Below are positions 29,810 through 43,547 of a stretch of 64,000 nucleotides of DNA, in pieces. The DNA comes from Chrysomallon squamiferum. Lineage: Eukaryota > Animalia > Mollusca. Made by a program: the position numbers and the translations under genes. The DNA lies in assembly GCA_012295275.1 (NCBI GenBank), contig CM022679.1, positions 17,856,001 through 17,920,000 of the forward strand. Direction: 5' to 3'. The notes beneath the pieces were generated by a model. It was not told where the DNA came from. It did no database searches and worked only from the letters and a program-made list of their open reading frames with translations. The first letter of the stretch is position 1; the number at the start of each line of letters is the position of its first letter.

Positions 29810-32800
29810 AAGAAGAAGGCAGATTACTCAACTGATAAGTGAGTTCGTTTACTACACAGATAATACAGGAAGCGTTTACATAACAGACTGTTATTTATTT
29901 TTTAACCAGAAGGCATTTCAGCTAAATGAAAATTTGACCAAATGTGATGACACCGTTGCTGCTATTGTTGTTGTTATTTTTTTTTTTTTTTGAAGTTATT
30001 TTATTACTGTTACCTAAACTAAATGTGAACTTTGACATTACGCTTGATTTAATTTTCACCATTTTCATTGAAATATACTTTATAAAATCTTCAACCTTGC
30101 GACATAAACACTGCCTTTTCCATATCATCAGAGCATATCTCTTCAGCATGTAGCATGCGATTAGCGTTTTATTTCCGGATACCGGAAATATAAGGAATAA
30201 AAACACCGAGGCGTGCGTACGGAAACAGTTTTCTGAAAGCTAAAATAATTGAAAGAGTGAGCCTTATTGTCCGCATAGGCAGGCATAGACTTACTGATTA
30301 CACAGTTCTTATATAATGACAGTAACACATTGAACTTCACAGATTATTAGAAATTAAAATAATTATAAATCTTCATCACATGTATTATTTTTGAATATCT
30401 GAGACTTTTCAAGTTGCTTGCAATTGTAAAATTTATTAAAGGCCGTGTATAATGAGTTCATATTGACAGGAAGTTGGCCATATATGATTTTAGTCGTAAT
30501 AACCAATCATCTCTTTATTTGTAAATTAGGCTTGCACTGGCCTGTTATCAGCTAGTCTCTCTCATAGAATTTTCCATCAACAGCAGTTAGAGGATGATTC
30601 ACTTGCAACATTTGCATTGCCGTTTTCATAGATGAATAAGAATTTAGATATATTTTCTGAAATTTTCGAGGATTATATATATTTCTACAGGATTATATAC
30701 AACTGTACAAATGTTTACAAATCTGGCCTATTCATTTCACTGCTTAAACACTATCATGTTCTGAATCATATGCAAAATTTTGTCTATTTAAAAATGAAAA
30801 TAAATAAATAAATAAAATGAAAAACAATCTTATCACAATTTATTTTCTGTTCAACTCATTTAAATCAACGATATTAATTTACTGTCCAGCAATAGTGTTT
30901 TAGTCACACACCTATTCTAACCTCAAATGAATTGTTTTTATTATGCAGGAGATAATATTAGTGACATTGAAATTTTTTTTTTTTTTTTTTTTTTTTATAA
31001 AGAAGACAAGTTTTTCACTAAACTGAAGAATAAAATCATAGATCGAAAATGTTTTTGGACTGGATCCCTTCTGGATCCACCCATCTAGTAAATTGTTATA
31101 ATCAGTTTGTTTTTTATTGCAGTTACAAAAAGTACTTCTCATGGTACTGTTGACATGACTGAAGGCAAAGATACCTAAACATATTTTATTCTAAAGATCA
31201 AAAACATTGTATAAACATTTGATCACAGTAAACACTACATTGTCAGATAAATATATTTCTAGTTCAATGAAAGCATTCATCACTCAAAAAATTACCTTTA
31301 TTAACTGGTTCTTTCTAAAAGTTCACTTTCCTGTTGTTATTGTCATCACTATGATTATTATTATTGTCATTAGTAAGTACTGAGTACTTCATAACGTAAT
31401 TTTTTAATGTTTTATTTTGTGCTGTATTTTTCTTTTCTTTTCTTTATTTGTTTATTTATGAGATTTGAAAATCTGTATTAATATTATAAATTATTATTAT
31501 TATGTGATATCAAAAAATATATAACTGAAAATGCTTCTTTTAGAAATTTCGTAAATGAAATGTTTTTAGAACCATGCTCAAAATTCGACAACAAATTAAT
31601 TTAGTTTCATGACATATCATGGATAACTAACAGGATGATTCATGGTCACGTAATTGAAAAAGAGTGTAAAAAATATAATATAGCGTCGGCAAAGAGATAA
31701 TTGTAATATTTCTTCATTTTATCAATGACGACAAATTATACATTTTTTATCTCCAAATTCGAAATAAAATAAAATACTCACTTTTAGTTTGTACAGTAAC
31801 CTAATTATCTATTCGTTTTTGGATTAATGGGTATTTTCAGAGGAACATCAACAACAACAAAATCTGAAATGGGCGTAATTTTGTTTTGATATAATATTTA
31901 TTTTTGGGAACAGAAAGGGAAACAGACATTTATGAAAAAATGTAGAAAACTAAGCAGATATTCAGTTTATTTTGTATTTGATTATCAGTTATCGTTCCGA
32001 AGACAGAAATTTAGCGAGTTAAAATAACTTCTTTTTGTTTATTTTCTTTTTTTTGTGAGAGAAAGGGGATAGTCATATATGTAAAACAAGAAAACAGGTA
32101 TAATTATTATATAAAACATATACAGTAATATTAATGCAGTGTTTAGAAACGAAAATGATACATTTTAAGTCTAGACATGGATTCATTTTCATCAATGAAA
32201 TACTAGAATATTAGGATACTGATCATAATCAGTTAAAACAGTTCTTCAAGTGCCGTTTTAACTCATTTTCACGACATTGTTTTATAATATTTTATATTTG
32301 GCTGACGATCGTGACCGAAAGCAACATATATTTTTTTCATGAACTTTGCTGTCACCACATTCGCCGGTATTTTTCAACGGATATCTAATATATTTTATTC
32401 TGATATAGTTCTGTTCATCAAATCAATAATAATAATTAAAAAAAATTAAATTATAAACAATATGATAACAAGAAAATATATTATTTTATTAATAAAATAG
32501 CAACCGAAACAGTAATATTGTAATAAATGAAAAATTTTCTAGATTAATATATCAAATTATTTCTTTGTTTACTATGGCTGTCATTCTGTTACTTAATATC
32601 GGTTGTCGGTCTCTCTTCACTTCATTATCTTTAATTTGTTGCCGTCTGCATACGCAAGCCTGACAACAAAATTACAATCGTATCATCAATATTTTTGATA
32701 ATAATGAAATGTGTTTATTTCTGAACACTGAATGGACTGTGAAGAAAGAAGTCAATCTTGAAGTGTGATATAAGGGATTATCTGCCATTACGTGTCTCCA

Positions 32801-33149
32801 TGCAGTTTTTGTCTGAAAACGACCATCATTCGTGAGCTAATCTCCGATACAATAACAACTTGGTGGACTTGCAATAGGCAACGTTAATAGTATATGTCAT
32901 CTAGTGATCGATGAACTTAATGATAAGGTCTTTGGGCTGTACTCCCTTGCCTATCACTGACGATTAACACATCCATCAACGCTATACAGAACATTGTCCT
33001 ACCGGGCAGAAATAAAATGAAATTATTGAGACTGGTGACAATGTGCAGTCTGCCTCTTCAAGTAAAATTATTGTATCCACCGCAATTTTATTAATGCATT
33101 TTTAAAAATAGGATAATATTTATCATGGTTTATTTTTCAACGAACTCTA

Positions 33150-33221
<72 letters not shown>

Positions 33222-34269
33222 AATAAATAAATAAATAAAATATCTGCAAACAGATCATTTCCCGATAAAAGAAACAATTAGCATGACGAATCATATAAGA
33301 CTTTTTGTGCTTTTCGCCCGTATGAATATTTACAAATATGTATGTGTGTGTATTTGGGTTTGTGGGTCTAGGTGTATATTTGTATATGTATGTCTAAATA
33401 TCTAGGTACACATATCTGCAGCTTCATCTGTGAATTTTAGGTTTACTTCTAAGCGAATATCGAATATACTATATAAATGTTAGGCTAGAATAGATCAAAG
33501 ACCTTTCCAAAATGAGATTTCGGTGATTCAGTTCTCATTAATTTAATTTATTTGTTGAAGTAACAACAACTAAAACTTGAACTGAAACTTGAAATTAGAT
33601 CTAAAAAAATTGCATCAAAAATACTGTAAATGAATGTATTGACGAAAGGATTAGATAATTCAGGAATTTGTTGAAGTTTACTAGACTTTTGTTCACTGAC
33701 ACTTATGATGCAATATTTTGAGGAATACATTTAATAGATTTAGCACATCACCTTTGTATTTGTTTATCTTAGTTTGGTTTGGTGATATTTTTTTCAACAG
33801 ACTGTACAGTTACTGGTTCCTGGTGCACGCACGAACAAACAAACAAACAATACATAAATAAATACATTAATATATAAATCAGGTTTTGGCTAGCCCGGAC
33901 ATTTGGATTCTCTACAAGCGATAGGTCTACCTTTTTTTATACTAACGATTCCGGCTAGTATACTTATTTAACAATAATTCTGGTTTTACATTCCTTTAGA
34001 TCGGTCATTTTCGTGTTCGCTATATCATAAAAGTACCATGTAGTTGTATAGAAGAACAAAAAAAGGAAATCCAAGATCCCTATCATAAATGACCGACTCG
34101 GAAATCTTCGGACATGCTGGAATTGACTTCAACCATCAGGTAAAGGTATCTGATGATCACGTGACCTAAAGCGTGGGTTTGTCTCAATATGGTAAAGATA
34201 AAATGCCTTATACTGGGGACTTCGCTGATTGTGTTCTTATAGAATATAGAACACTGAATTCATTTTGGA

Positions 34270-34375
34270 AAATACAAAACAAAGAAAAGGATATTGTTTG
34301 TTTCATTTTAAATCGCAAAAACACACTTGCTGTTTTTCTCACTGGAGTTGGAAAGAATACTATATTTTGCCATTG
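34270..34375 (+). pseudogene. RecQ-like SF2 helicase motif I fragment, probably transposon-derived
   Basis: KEKDIVCFILNRKNTLAVFLTGVGKNTIF resembles the RecQ pattern Q..I..IL.G.D.LAVLPTG.GKSL.F. No downstream helicase motifs seen. Confidence 0.4.
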
Positions 34376-35124
34376 TTGATAAGTTAAAGTTTTTACAGTT
34401 GGTGTTAAATACCCATCAAGACTGAATAGTTCTTAAATGGTAACAACGTATTTGATTTGTAAGTGAACACCTATTTTAAGACTTAAACTAGCAATTAACA
34501 CTAAAAAATAAAATTTGAACAATATAACACGTACCGTGTATTGAGATGACCGCTCCCTTAAGTTATTTAAGGTTTCGGCGTAATCTATTTTGCAAAGACA
34601 TCAGTTCGAATAAAAATATTCATAATTTAAACAGCTTTCAAAATCATTAAAATATAACTGCTAATTAGTAAAGGAATTAACATTTCTTCTTGTTTAATTC
34701 TAAACTGAGACGTCAAAGCTAAATTATTTTTCATTCAGTCTTCACAGCAAAATTTTGTATCTTATTAATATAAATACTGAAAGTTAATTACCGACAATGA
34801 AATGGTCACAATACGTCAGAAACCTTCCATAGAAAAATAATATATTAAGCAAATGACATGACATGCATTTGTTATTTTTCCTTAGATCTATCATTGCAGT
34901 CGACGCTTATGATTACGAATATATAATTCTGTTATTGGACTTGGCCTTTACAGCATTTTGTATTTCACATGACTCGCGTGAGTTCTGTAATTTCAGCTTC
35001 ATTTTCAGAAATGTCAACTTTGATTTGCTATATTTTATTGTTAATAAATATGCAGGTGCCTCATTACGAACATAGATAATCAGAGAGACAAAGGTAAAGA
35101 TACAGAAAGAATGATATCGATATA

Positions 35125-35890
35125 GAGTTGTACCTTGACTTACAAGTTCAATTTGGTTCGTGGCCGAGCTCATAACTCAGTTTGCTCGTATATCAAATCA
35201 ATTTTCCCAGCTAAATTAATTGAAATACCATTAATCCCTTTAAGGCCCCCAAACGCCCCATTTTTTTGGTAATTTGTTTTGAAAGAACATAACTGTATTT
35301 ATAAATGAAAAATATTGTATAAAAAAAACAAAATAAAAGAGAATGTAAAGAAATAGATTGGTTTTGTAAAGTGTATTTATCTTGGAGATCAGACAAATTA
35401 TTTTAACGTCTTTGGCCGGAGTTACAGCTTTTGTCGACTCCTTCTGTTTTAGTATGGTACATATCGTAGAAGTACTATGCTCGTACTGCCTAGCAAAGTC
35501 CACTACATGCACACCTCGTTCATGTTTTTCTATGATTTCATGCTTTAATTCAATGGACATCATCCGTTTCTTCCTCGGCACTGTCCTTTGCACTCAATTT
35601 CTTATGATCCATGGTCATAAATCAAGATTTTTCTCAAAATACTGCACAAAACGCGAACACAACACAACAGAGATGCTTCTGCAGCGAGATAACCACGTGA
35701 CGTAAACGAGTGAGTCGCGGGATCCTGGCCGGATGTTGTGATGTTCGTTGCGCCAACTAGCGGCTGTCTGTCAAAAGCTCGCTCGTAACTCGGATTTTGG
35801 CTCGCAACTGAAAGCAAAAAATCGACCTGGCGACAGCTCCTAACTCGGAAAACTCGTAAGTTGATGCACTCGTAAGTCAAGGTATCACTG
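35125..35890 (-). mobile_element. Second copy of the same Tigger/pogo deletion derivative, opposite orientation
   Basis: Termini gagttgtaccttgacttac ... gtaagtcaaggtatcactg, TA flanks. ORF KKRMMSIELKHEIIEKHERGVHVVDFARQYEHSTSTICTILKQKE. Same deletion junction as 22663-23409. Confidence 0.9.
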
Positions 35891-35954
35891 TATATGGAAA
35901 TAGAAAGCTAGAAAGAGAAACCGACAAACATTAACAGAGACAAACACACAGGGA

Positions 35955-35958
<4 letters not shown>

Positions 35959-36047
<89 letters not shown>

Positions 36048-36063
36048 ATATATATATATATAT
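35959..36063. repeat. (TC)n followed by (TA)n microsatellite
   Basis: Directly visible. Confidence 0.97.
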
Positions 36064-37269
36064 ACAGTTAATGGATTTAATCAAAGATAAAAACTGAGAA
36101 ATTTATACATTTCAAATAAATATATTTGTCTGTTAGGTTTTTCAGTCTTTATTATTATTGTTGGAATTTATTAATATTATATCGATTTACTGAGTTTTTA
36201 ATGATAATACTCATTTTACTGCGTACTCTGATTAAGTATTTATCTATTTTAAAAACGAAGATAACACTAAAGAAGAAAACAAATATAAACAAATATACAC
36301 ACAAATACATACACGACGAAAAAGGAGAACTGAAATAAACAGATAATAATAATAATAATAATAATCATAATAATAGTTCGCCCACTAGAAATAATTGTTA
36401 TTATTAATCAACACACCCACCAAACATTTTTTTTTACAAAATTAAAAGATTGATAATAGGTGGACCATGATTTTCTTAGTAAATGTACGACATGGCCATA
36501 TTTAATTCATAATTACAGCTATCAGCGTGGGTCTTATTTGCTGAATTACTGCATGATTACAAAATTAACTAATTTCGTGACTGAATCGCGAACAGTAATT
36601 GTTTCAGATTACCCTTAAAATTAATATTACATTTATTACTTGTTACATGTAGTCTATTTAAAAATGTGCCAATTACACTTAATTCTTTTTAAATTGCATA
36701 ATAACAGTGTAAATAAATAAATAAATCATAATTATCAATAACAAACGATGATGAACAAGATTATTATTATGATGATAAACTGGAGTAACAAACCTAGCTT
36801 CACATAAATTATTATGTTTTTATTTAGTTTCACAATAAAAATAGGGTAGATCGCCAAACAACATGTTGAACTGAATATTAAATTTAAATTTAAAAATAAA
36901 CAAATCCATATTTATATGTAAATATAAGCAGTTTGAATTAATTTTCTATTAAATACTTCATATATCATTATCATTATAAGTTTTGATACTATTATACTCA
37001 GAACAGATTAAATATACATCACAGTATGTTCTATAAATTAGACGAGTATTAATTATCTCCAATAATCTGTCACCACTCATTCTAAACGAGCTCCATTGAT
37101 CGCGGTTTGGCAAATATAATTATACTTCAAACAAAGAATGGTAACAGGATAGAATGGTAATGGTATAGAATCTGTGTGTCAAGAGATGAAGAAAAAAGGA
37201 AATTTACGTGGCATCGTAAACTCGTTAACATCGTTCAGAATCTATTAGAATCAAGACATCTTTTTTTCT

Positions 37270-37350
37270 GCAATTACCCTTTCGTGGAGCACTGAGTGGA
37301 ACGGTAAGTTGGACAATAAGAGACTCGAACCAGCACTCTACAACCAGAAG
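37270..37350 (-). mobile_element. Possible tRNA-derived SINE remnant
   Basis: Minus strand contains a B-box-like ggttcgagtctc. No cloverleaf. Confidence 0.25.
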
Positions 37351-37734
37351 AATACTTCATTTTTAATCAAGACAGTAACTGTTTCATACATAGAATTTAT
37401 CTTTAAGAATAAAATCGATTCTAAATTCTCAAATTCATAAAGAAATATTCTCATGAAAATATCTGAACACAGAAACCCACGCGCGCTCGCGCGCGCGCGC
37501 ATGTGTGTGTGTATGTGTGTGTGTGTGTGTGTGTGAAAAGGACTTTTCTTACAATTCTTTTTCCTGTCTTTATTTATTTATTTATTTATTTATTTATTTG
37601 TTTTTTTGTTTATTTAATTATTTAATCTGTCAAAATAAGGAAATTTTATTCACGATGAACTAATATTTAATGCTCTTTAATATGGCACACTCCTTATCTC
37701 TCATAGTCTACCCACCATGGTGTGCAGTAAAGTG

Positions 37735-39170
37735 AGATTTAGGACAACTACTCACCACAATTGCAGATGTTTATTTTAGGTTAGGGTATGTTTGTGTAAA
37801 TGGTTGGGTGGGAGTGGGTATCCCTGATAAATAAATAAATAAATAAATAAATATAGATAAGATGATAAAATTAATTCTAAATGAGCTATATTTTAAAGAA
37901 TTCAGCATATCAGTTCAGCACAAATGAATATTATGAGAGATAGTTCGCAGGAAATCTCTGAGTCCCCTGTTTCCATCAGCGAAATCCTGACATAAATTGT
38001 GCAGTCTGCTTTGCATCTGCTGAGTGGATCTTTCATCCGCTTCCTGTGTGGTTCAATTCGCTGATGTTGAAAAATGAGGATGCAAACCAGTCTCTAATCT
38101 GTTTACAGAGAAGGGTGCTGAAGGTCAATGTTCCAAGAATCACAGATGTTGTTAGTTCTGGAACCATCTACAAGAATGGTGTTATGGATGTTCCAGAGAC
38201 CTGTTGGAAACAAAGGCGCTATCTGACAAATATGCATCACAGTTGCATTTCCTCGCTGAGCTTGCCGGAATGTCTCATTCTCATAGGTATGGTCAAAATA
38301 ATTTAACAGATCCTCCAGATCTCCAATATCAGGAATGTTGTCATTTGATCCACAGTAGAAAGGGCAGACAATCAATCATCTTATACAATTTATTTAGTCC
38401 AAGGTCCTGTATTTATGGATGCATCCTGGCACACATGGTAGAAACACCCCTGATACCTCAGATACGCCCCAACACAGATGAAACAGCTTGTACAACTGTA
38501 TTCTCAAGTCTGTAACTACTACTTCCACATCAGAAGAGAAACTATATTCACCACACATGTCTAGCATGCACTGAAGCAGTTGCTGATAGACTGACTGGTG
38601 TTTACCACACATCAAGATATATATATAAGAAACTGCTGATGTTCCCAATTCAGTACAAATCACATAACTTGGGTTTAGATGTACTGTGCCATCTTGAAGT
38701 TCCCATCCTTATACCAGGTCCTAGAGCGTGCCCTTAACCGAAGTCCTTGCTACATAGCAAACACCGTCTGACCGCTGACATAAGGTCCACTGTCATGGAT
38801 AAGCAAGGGCTTGGCACTATCCTTGTCACCAATATTGGCCCATTCACCATCAATCACCAAATGCGCTGAGATGCATCAGGAGGGAAGGTCCCACGCTTCT
38901 GCCGACGGATGATTTTCTTCACAGTGTCCATTTTCCCAAGGTTAGCACGGACTGTGTTTGGTGCTTCCTGCAGACCTTCAGCAAGGATCGGAGCAGGTCT
39001 TGCTTTGGGGGTCAGGGAGTTCGCCTTCAGGGATGAGCGAATCTTGGCCACATCAACAGCTGCCTCGTTAGGATGATCGTGGATTCTATGGGAACGTACA
39101 CAATTACATTAACATCAGTGGCAACAGCGCCTTTACAGCCAGCGTGCTGTTGATGCACACAAATTTTGAT
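37735..39170 (-). pseudogene. Decayed MULE (Mutator) transposase with N-terminal FLYWCH
   Basis: Minus-strand fragments in several frames: CVHQQHAGCKGAV...HDH (FLYWCH), WYKDGNFK (MULE DG(T/N)F), VVVTD, LLNYFDHTY, PLFPTGLWN...RTNNICDSWN. Frameshifted. ggacaactac and ttaggttaggg near 37742-37786 may mark the 3' end. Confidence 0.82.
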
Positions 39171-39655
39171 TTACTTAAACCAGTAATAATGTTCGAGAAT
39201 GTTATCTTATAAATATAATATAAAATAACTAATTTCTAAAAACAACACATTCTAAAATGTTGATCTATCTGAACCATCAGTAATGTTCGAGAAGTTATCC
39301 TAAAAGTATGCATGCCTCCGATGTTCATAATCCAACTGCATCCTTGATGAAACAGTTAAAGAAACCTTAAAAAACTATAATTAAATGAATTGTGTAAGAC
39401 AACTTTGAAGTTGTGCTTTTAGAAATTCCATGATATATGGGGGTGTTTTATTTTATTTTATTAACAAAACAACAAACAAAAAAAAGAAAAAGGAAAGAAA
39501 TTTAGAAAAAAACTTTATTTTTGAAAAAATTCATTAATTAATAAATAATAATAATAATATAATCGCATTACATAATAATGCTGTTACTATTTAAATATGT
39601 ATTTGATAATAATAATATGGACATACTTCTTTTTTCATTTTTCTTCAACTTTGTG

Positions 39656-39705
<50 letters not shown>

Positions 39706-39836
39706 CATCACCACCATCATTTCGTTAAAGTCAGTATATAAGAAAATACTACCTTTGAAATTCCAATAGCTTGTTGAAGGTAGAGCAAGGGAAACAACTC
39801 TAGACGAAATAAAACAAATAGCCTTGTGCGTAATTG

Positions 39837-39903
<67 letters not shown>

Positions 39904-40799
39904 TTAAAAATAAAATAGAATTAAATTTAATTAAATTAATAAATAAAATAAAATAAAATAAAATAAAATAAACTATATGCCTCGATAAGTTACAGGCATT
40001 TTAGATATTTACATATTAACAATCATAATGTTAATATTAATTAACAATCATATACTTACGTCATTGAATAACAGTATCTGCACCTGTCATAACTATGGTG
40101 ATATACATATTTATTTCGAAAAGATATTCAGATACATATTTTAATTATTTATGAAGCGTATTTTACAGAAATATAGGATTATATTTATTAAGGGGGAAAT
40201 CACAAAAATATATAACTTGCTGGTGCCACAGAAAAAGACACATGTATAGAGAGAGAAAAAGAGAGCCATCTGGAAAAATCTGCAAGTACATCCTTCTTTT
40301 GTTTTACCTTTTTATGATCATAAGAAAATTTGATCACGAGTCTTCTGATAATAAATGATATATATTTATCCATTGTGAATACTGACGAGGACATGAAGTG
40401 CTGTTTAAATTACAAGCACAATTTACTAAACCACTATGATTTAGGTCGAATCTCTTTTATTACATGGCAAGATGAACGTATTATTATTAGTATTTGTATG
40501 TTCAATAATTATAAACCATACACAATATCCGGCTAAATGTCCATCAGAAGGACAAGGTGTTTATTAAATCAATTGTGGAAGATGGTCAGATGTGCACGTT
40601 TCAAAGCACTTTTCAAAATAAAATATCATTAGGTATTTTGAGAGTTTTCATAAACAACAATTTACGATTGGTTAATGTCTTTTCTGAAAGTGAACGGCTT
40701 ATATTTATGAGCTTTGGAATGATTGCATCTGGAAAACTTATATTATTTCAACCCTGATCATAGAGTTGGCTCAACGATCGTCAATAAAATCAGTGTGAT

Positions 40800-41421
40800 T
40801 TACCGTCTGGTCGCCGCTAATGATTTAACCTAGAAAATGCAATATTGTTGCTGAATCGTAATTTCATTCTTTCATCTCGTTATTAAATATGTTATAAAAG
40901 TGACGGCAGCACATTATTCGTTCGCGGAACGGGCACATAATGTTAGATCAGCGGACCATTTTAATTCTAGGCTAAGTAGTTAGAGCTTACGATCTCTATT
41001 AATCTTATAATGTGAACGACTAAAATAACTCTGCTAAGATTTTTTATTTCAACCTTTTCCTGTAAAATGTATGGATAGTTATAAGTTAAAACTGAATTGT
41101 GAATAATGATGGTTAGGGTGAAGTTGTACTAGTAGTAGCAGTAGTACAGCAATAAAAATTTCATGAATAACAAACTATTATTATTATTATTTTAATTTCA
41201 TACTGAGGTGGTTTTAACACTTTTTGTACTTCTCAGTATTTTTCAGTCTGAACCTGAAAAATAAAATGTGTGATGCTTTCGTTGAGTTTGTCATGCTGCT
41301 TTTTATGCTCGAAATAAAATCGAGTGATAGTTATGACAAACGTAACATCCACTTAGATGACAGTTGAAATTATCTCCCTTGAATTATTCAAGCAGACAGC
41401 TGTCCGAATTGTAATTAAAAG
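40800..41421. promoter_or_regulatory. Candidate promoter and first non-coding exon region of the RUN-PDZ-PTB gene
   Basis: Among the last CpG-containing stretches before CpG depletion begins. + strand donor aaaag|gtatta at 41421/41422. No transcript evidence. Confidence 0.4.
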
Positions 41422-43547
41422 GTATTATAGATATATTTAAAATGACTGATTTCGTATATTCTTTCAAATATACAGTATATTATAAATTTTAACCATATTT
41501 TTGCAATATAATTTGTATACTGTTCTTTTTATTTCTTTTCTTTTTTAAAATCAAATTACTCGTGTGTATTAATTTTGTTATATATTATCGAAATAGGTAA
41601 TTTTCGGTCTATCACTGCATCAGAATATCAGACGTTAGTTTTTAAATATTACTATAGATTTGTCGTTAGATATGGGCTATATAATATATTCTCATAATTT
41701 CATGAATCCAAGATTTATATAGCTAATTACTGCGATTCCGTAAGATGGTTCACAATTCTTACTCATTCGAACTGTTTAGCCCTACATAGAAAATGTTTTC
41801 TGTTGACTATGAACAGACGTGCACAGTTCCCGGATGATTATGTTCAGAATTAAAGATATCTATAATATTATAATTATAATTACTATACGTAATATTATGA
41901 ATTTTTAATTAGGCTATTTTTCAAAAAAATGTAGCATATGTGGATCACTACAGCATTAGCGTTTTATTTTTTTTTTAATTTATTTTTTTTGTGTGTGTGT
42001 GTGTTTTAAAATATTTAGCACAATATAATTTTTAAAAATCAGGTGGAGTTAATTCATCCAAGGTCAGCAGGATTTAATTTGTAACACAACATATATAAAA
42101 TATAAAAAATACCTTATTTAATGGATTGTTCCTGTTTTAAATACTGTTATTGTTTTTAAATACTGTTATTATATCTTTGTTATATCCATTTATATTTTGT
42201 TTCATAAAATGATTAACTTAAAACAACTATTGTTATAGTATTACTGTTGTTTTATTTTGTATGCAAAGTAGTCTATTTAATAACTATAGTAATTGCTATG
42301 TATATGCATTCTTAATCTTCACATCATTGCTTACAAAAGCCACTTGTTAAATTTTTTAATAGCTAAATATTGTTATATTAATGATGAAGATTCCAGTTTG
42401 ACCCACAAATTAAATTCTAACCATATAGTGCCTCAAAGTGAAGAAAAAAATTGTACGCATCACCCAGCAGAACCACAGAGCACCACCCTTATTCAAATAT
42501 CATGTATTTTAATGCAAAGGCAACCTGAATGTTTAGCACAACCTGTTTCTAACAACTAGATTTTAGCTCAATAATTGTCAATAAGCTCTGATTTGATTTA
42601 AATATACGTAATCTAGATTACAAGTTATGTATGATGTTGTAATTAAACATCAAGAATAACTAAAAGAAAATACAAACATAATTGATAACAATATCTTGGT
42701 TAGATTTTAGAATATATAAATATTACTATACAAAATATTAAATCTTTGTTCTCAAACTTTACAACATATTTGATTAAAAGAAAACATTAATAAAAAAGAT
42801 AAAACATGTATGTGTAAATTGTTAAAATGCATTTATTCACATTTCTTCTACCATCCGTGACACTGTCTTCAGTAAAGAAAACAAAAAAATAAAATAATAA
42901 AATAATAATATTATTATTACATTTGGAACCATATTTGTTGTTTTTGATATTGTTTTGAAAGGTGACTGAACTGCAGTGTTTTGTCATGGTGAATTAGAAG
43001 TCCTGTATAAACATTTACAAATATATAACATTTTCTTGCAGTTGCTGAACATATTTATATTATGGTATAATATGGAATTAGATGTATGCAACAAGTGTTG
43101 TTTATTACTGGCTGAGAATCTAAACAGAACTGACTTAAAATACTTCTGAAAATTATATTACTGTTTCAAAAGTATTTTGACTGTCTGAAATGCTATTGAA
43201 TTACTTGTCATATTAAAAGTAGCTGGTTTATAAATTATTTGTCACAGAATGGTTAAAAAAAACTTAATTTTTTATTTGTAATATTTTTACTATTTTTATT
43301 TCTTTAAGAGTTTTTACGTGACATTCAGATGAAACAAACTCTTCAGGTTTTATTTTGTATAATTTTATAAGGTTTTAGTTTGTAATTTTATGTTACTCAT
43401 TTGTTAGGAATTTTATTTCCAATGTATTTTGTGTGTGTGAGTGTGTTTTCAGAAATTGTTTGTGACAGGTATCTTGTATCACATTGTATTTTGCTTTTGG
43501 CAGTATTCAGAATAATGAATTCACTGTACATGAAGAATATATGAAAT

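Noticed and set aside
43453-43468. Apparent 16-nt microexon before coding exon 1
   Set aside because: It would leave a 35-nt intron, probably too short. More likely an alternative acceptor or chance.
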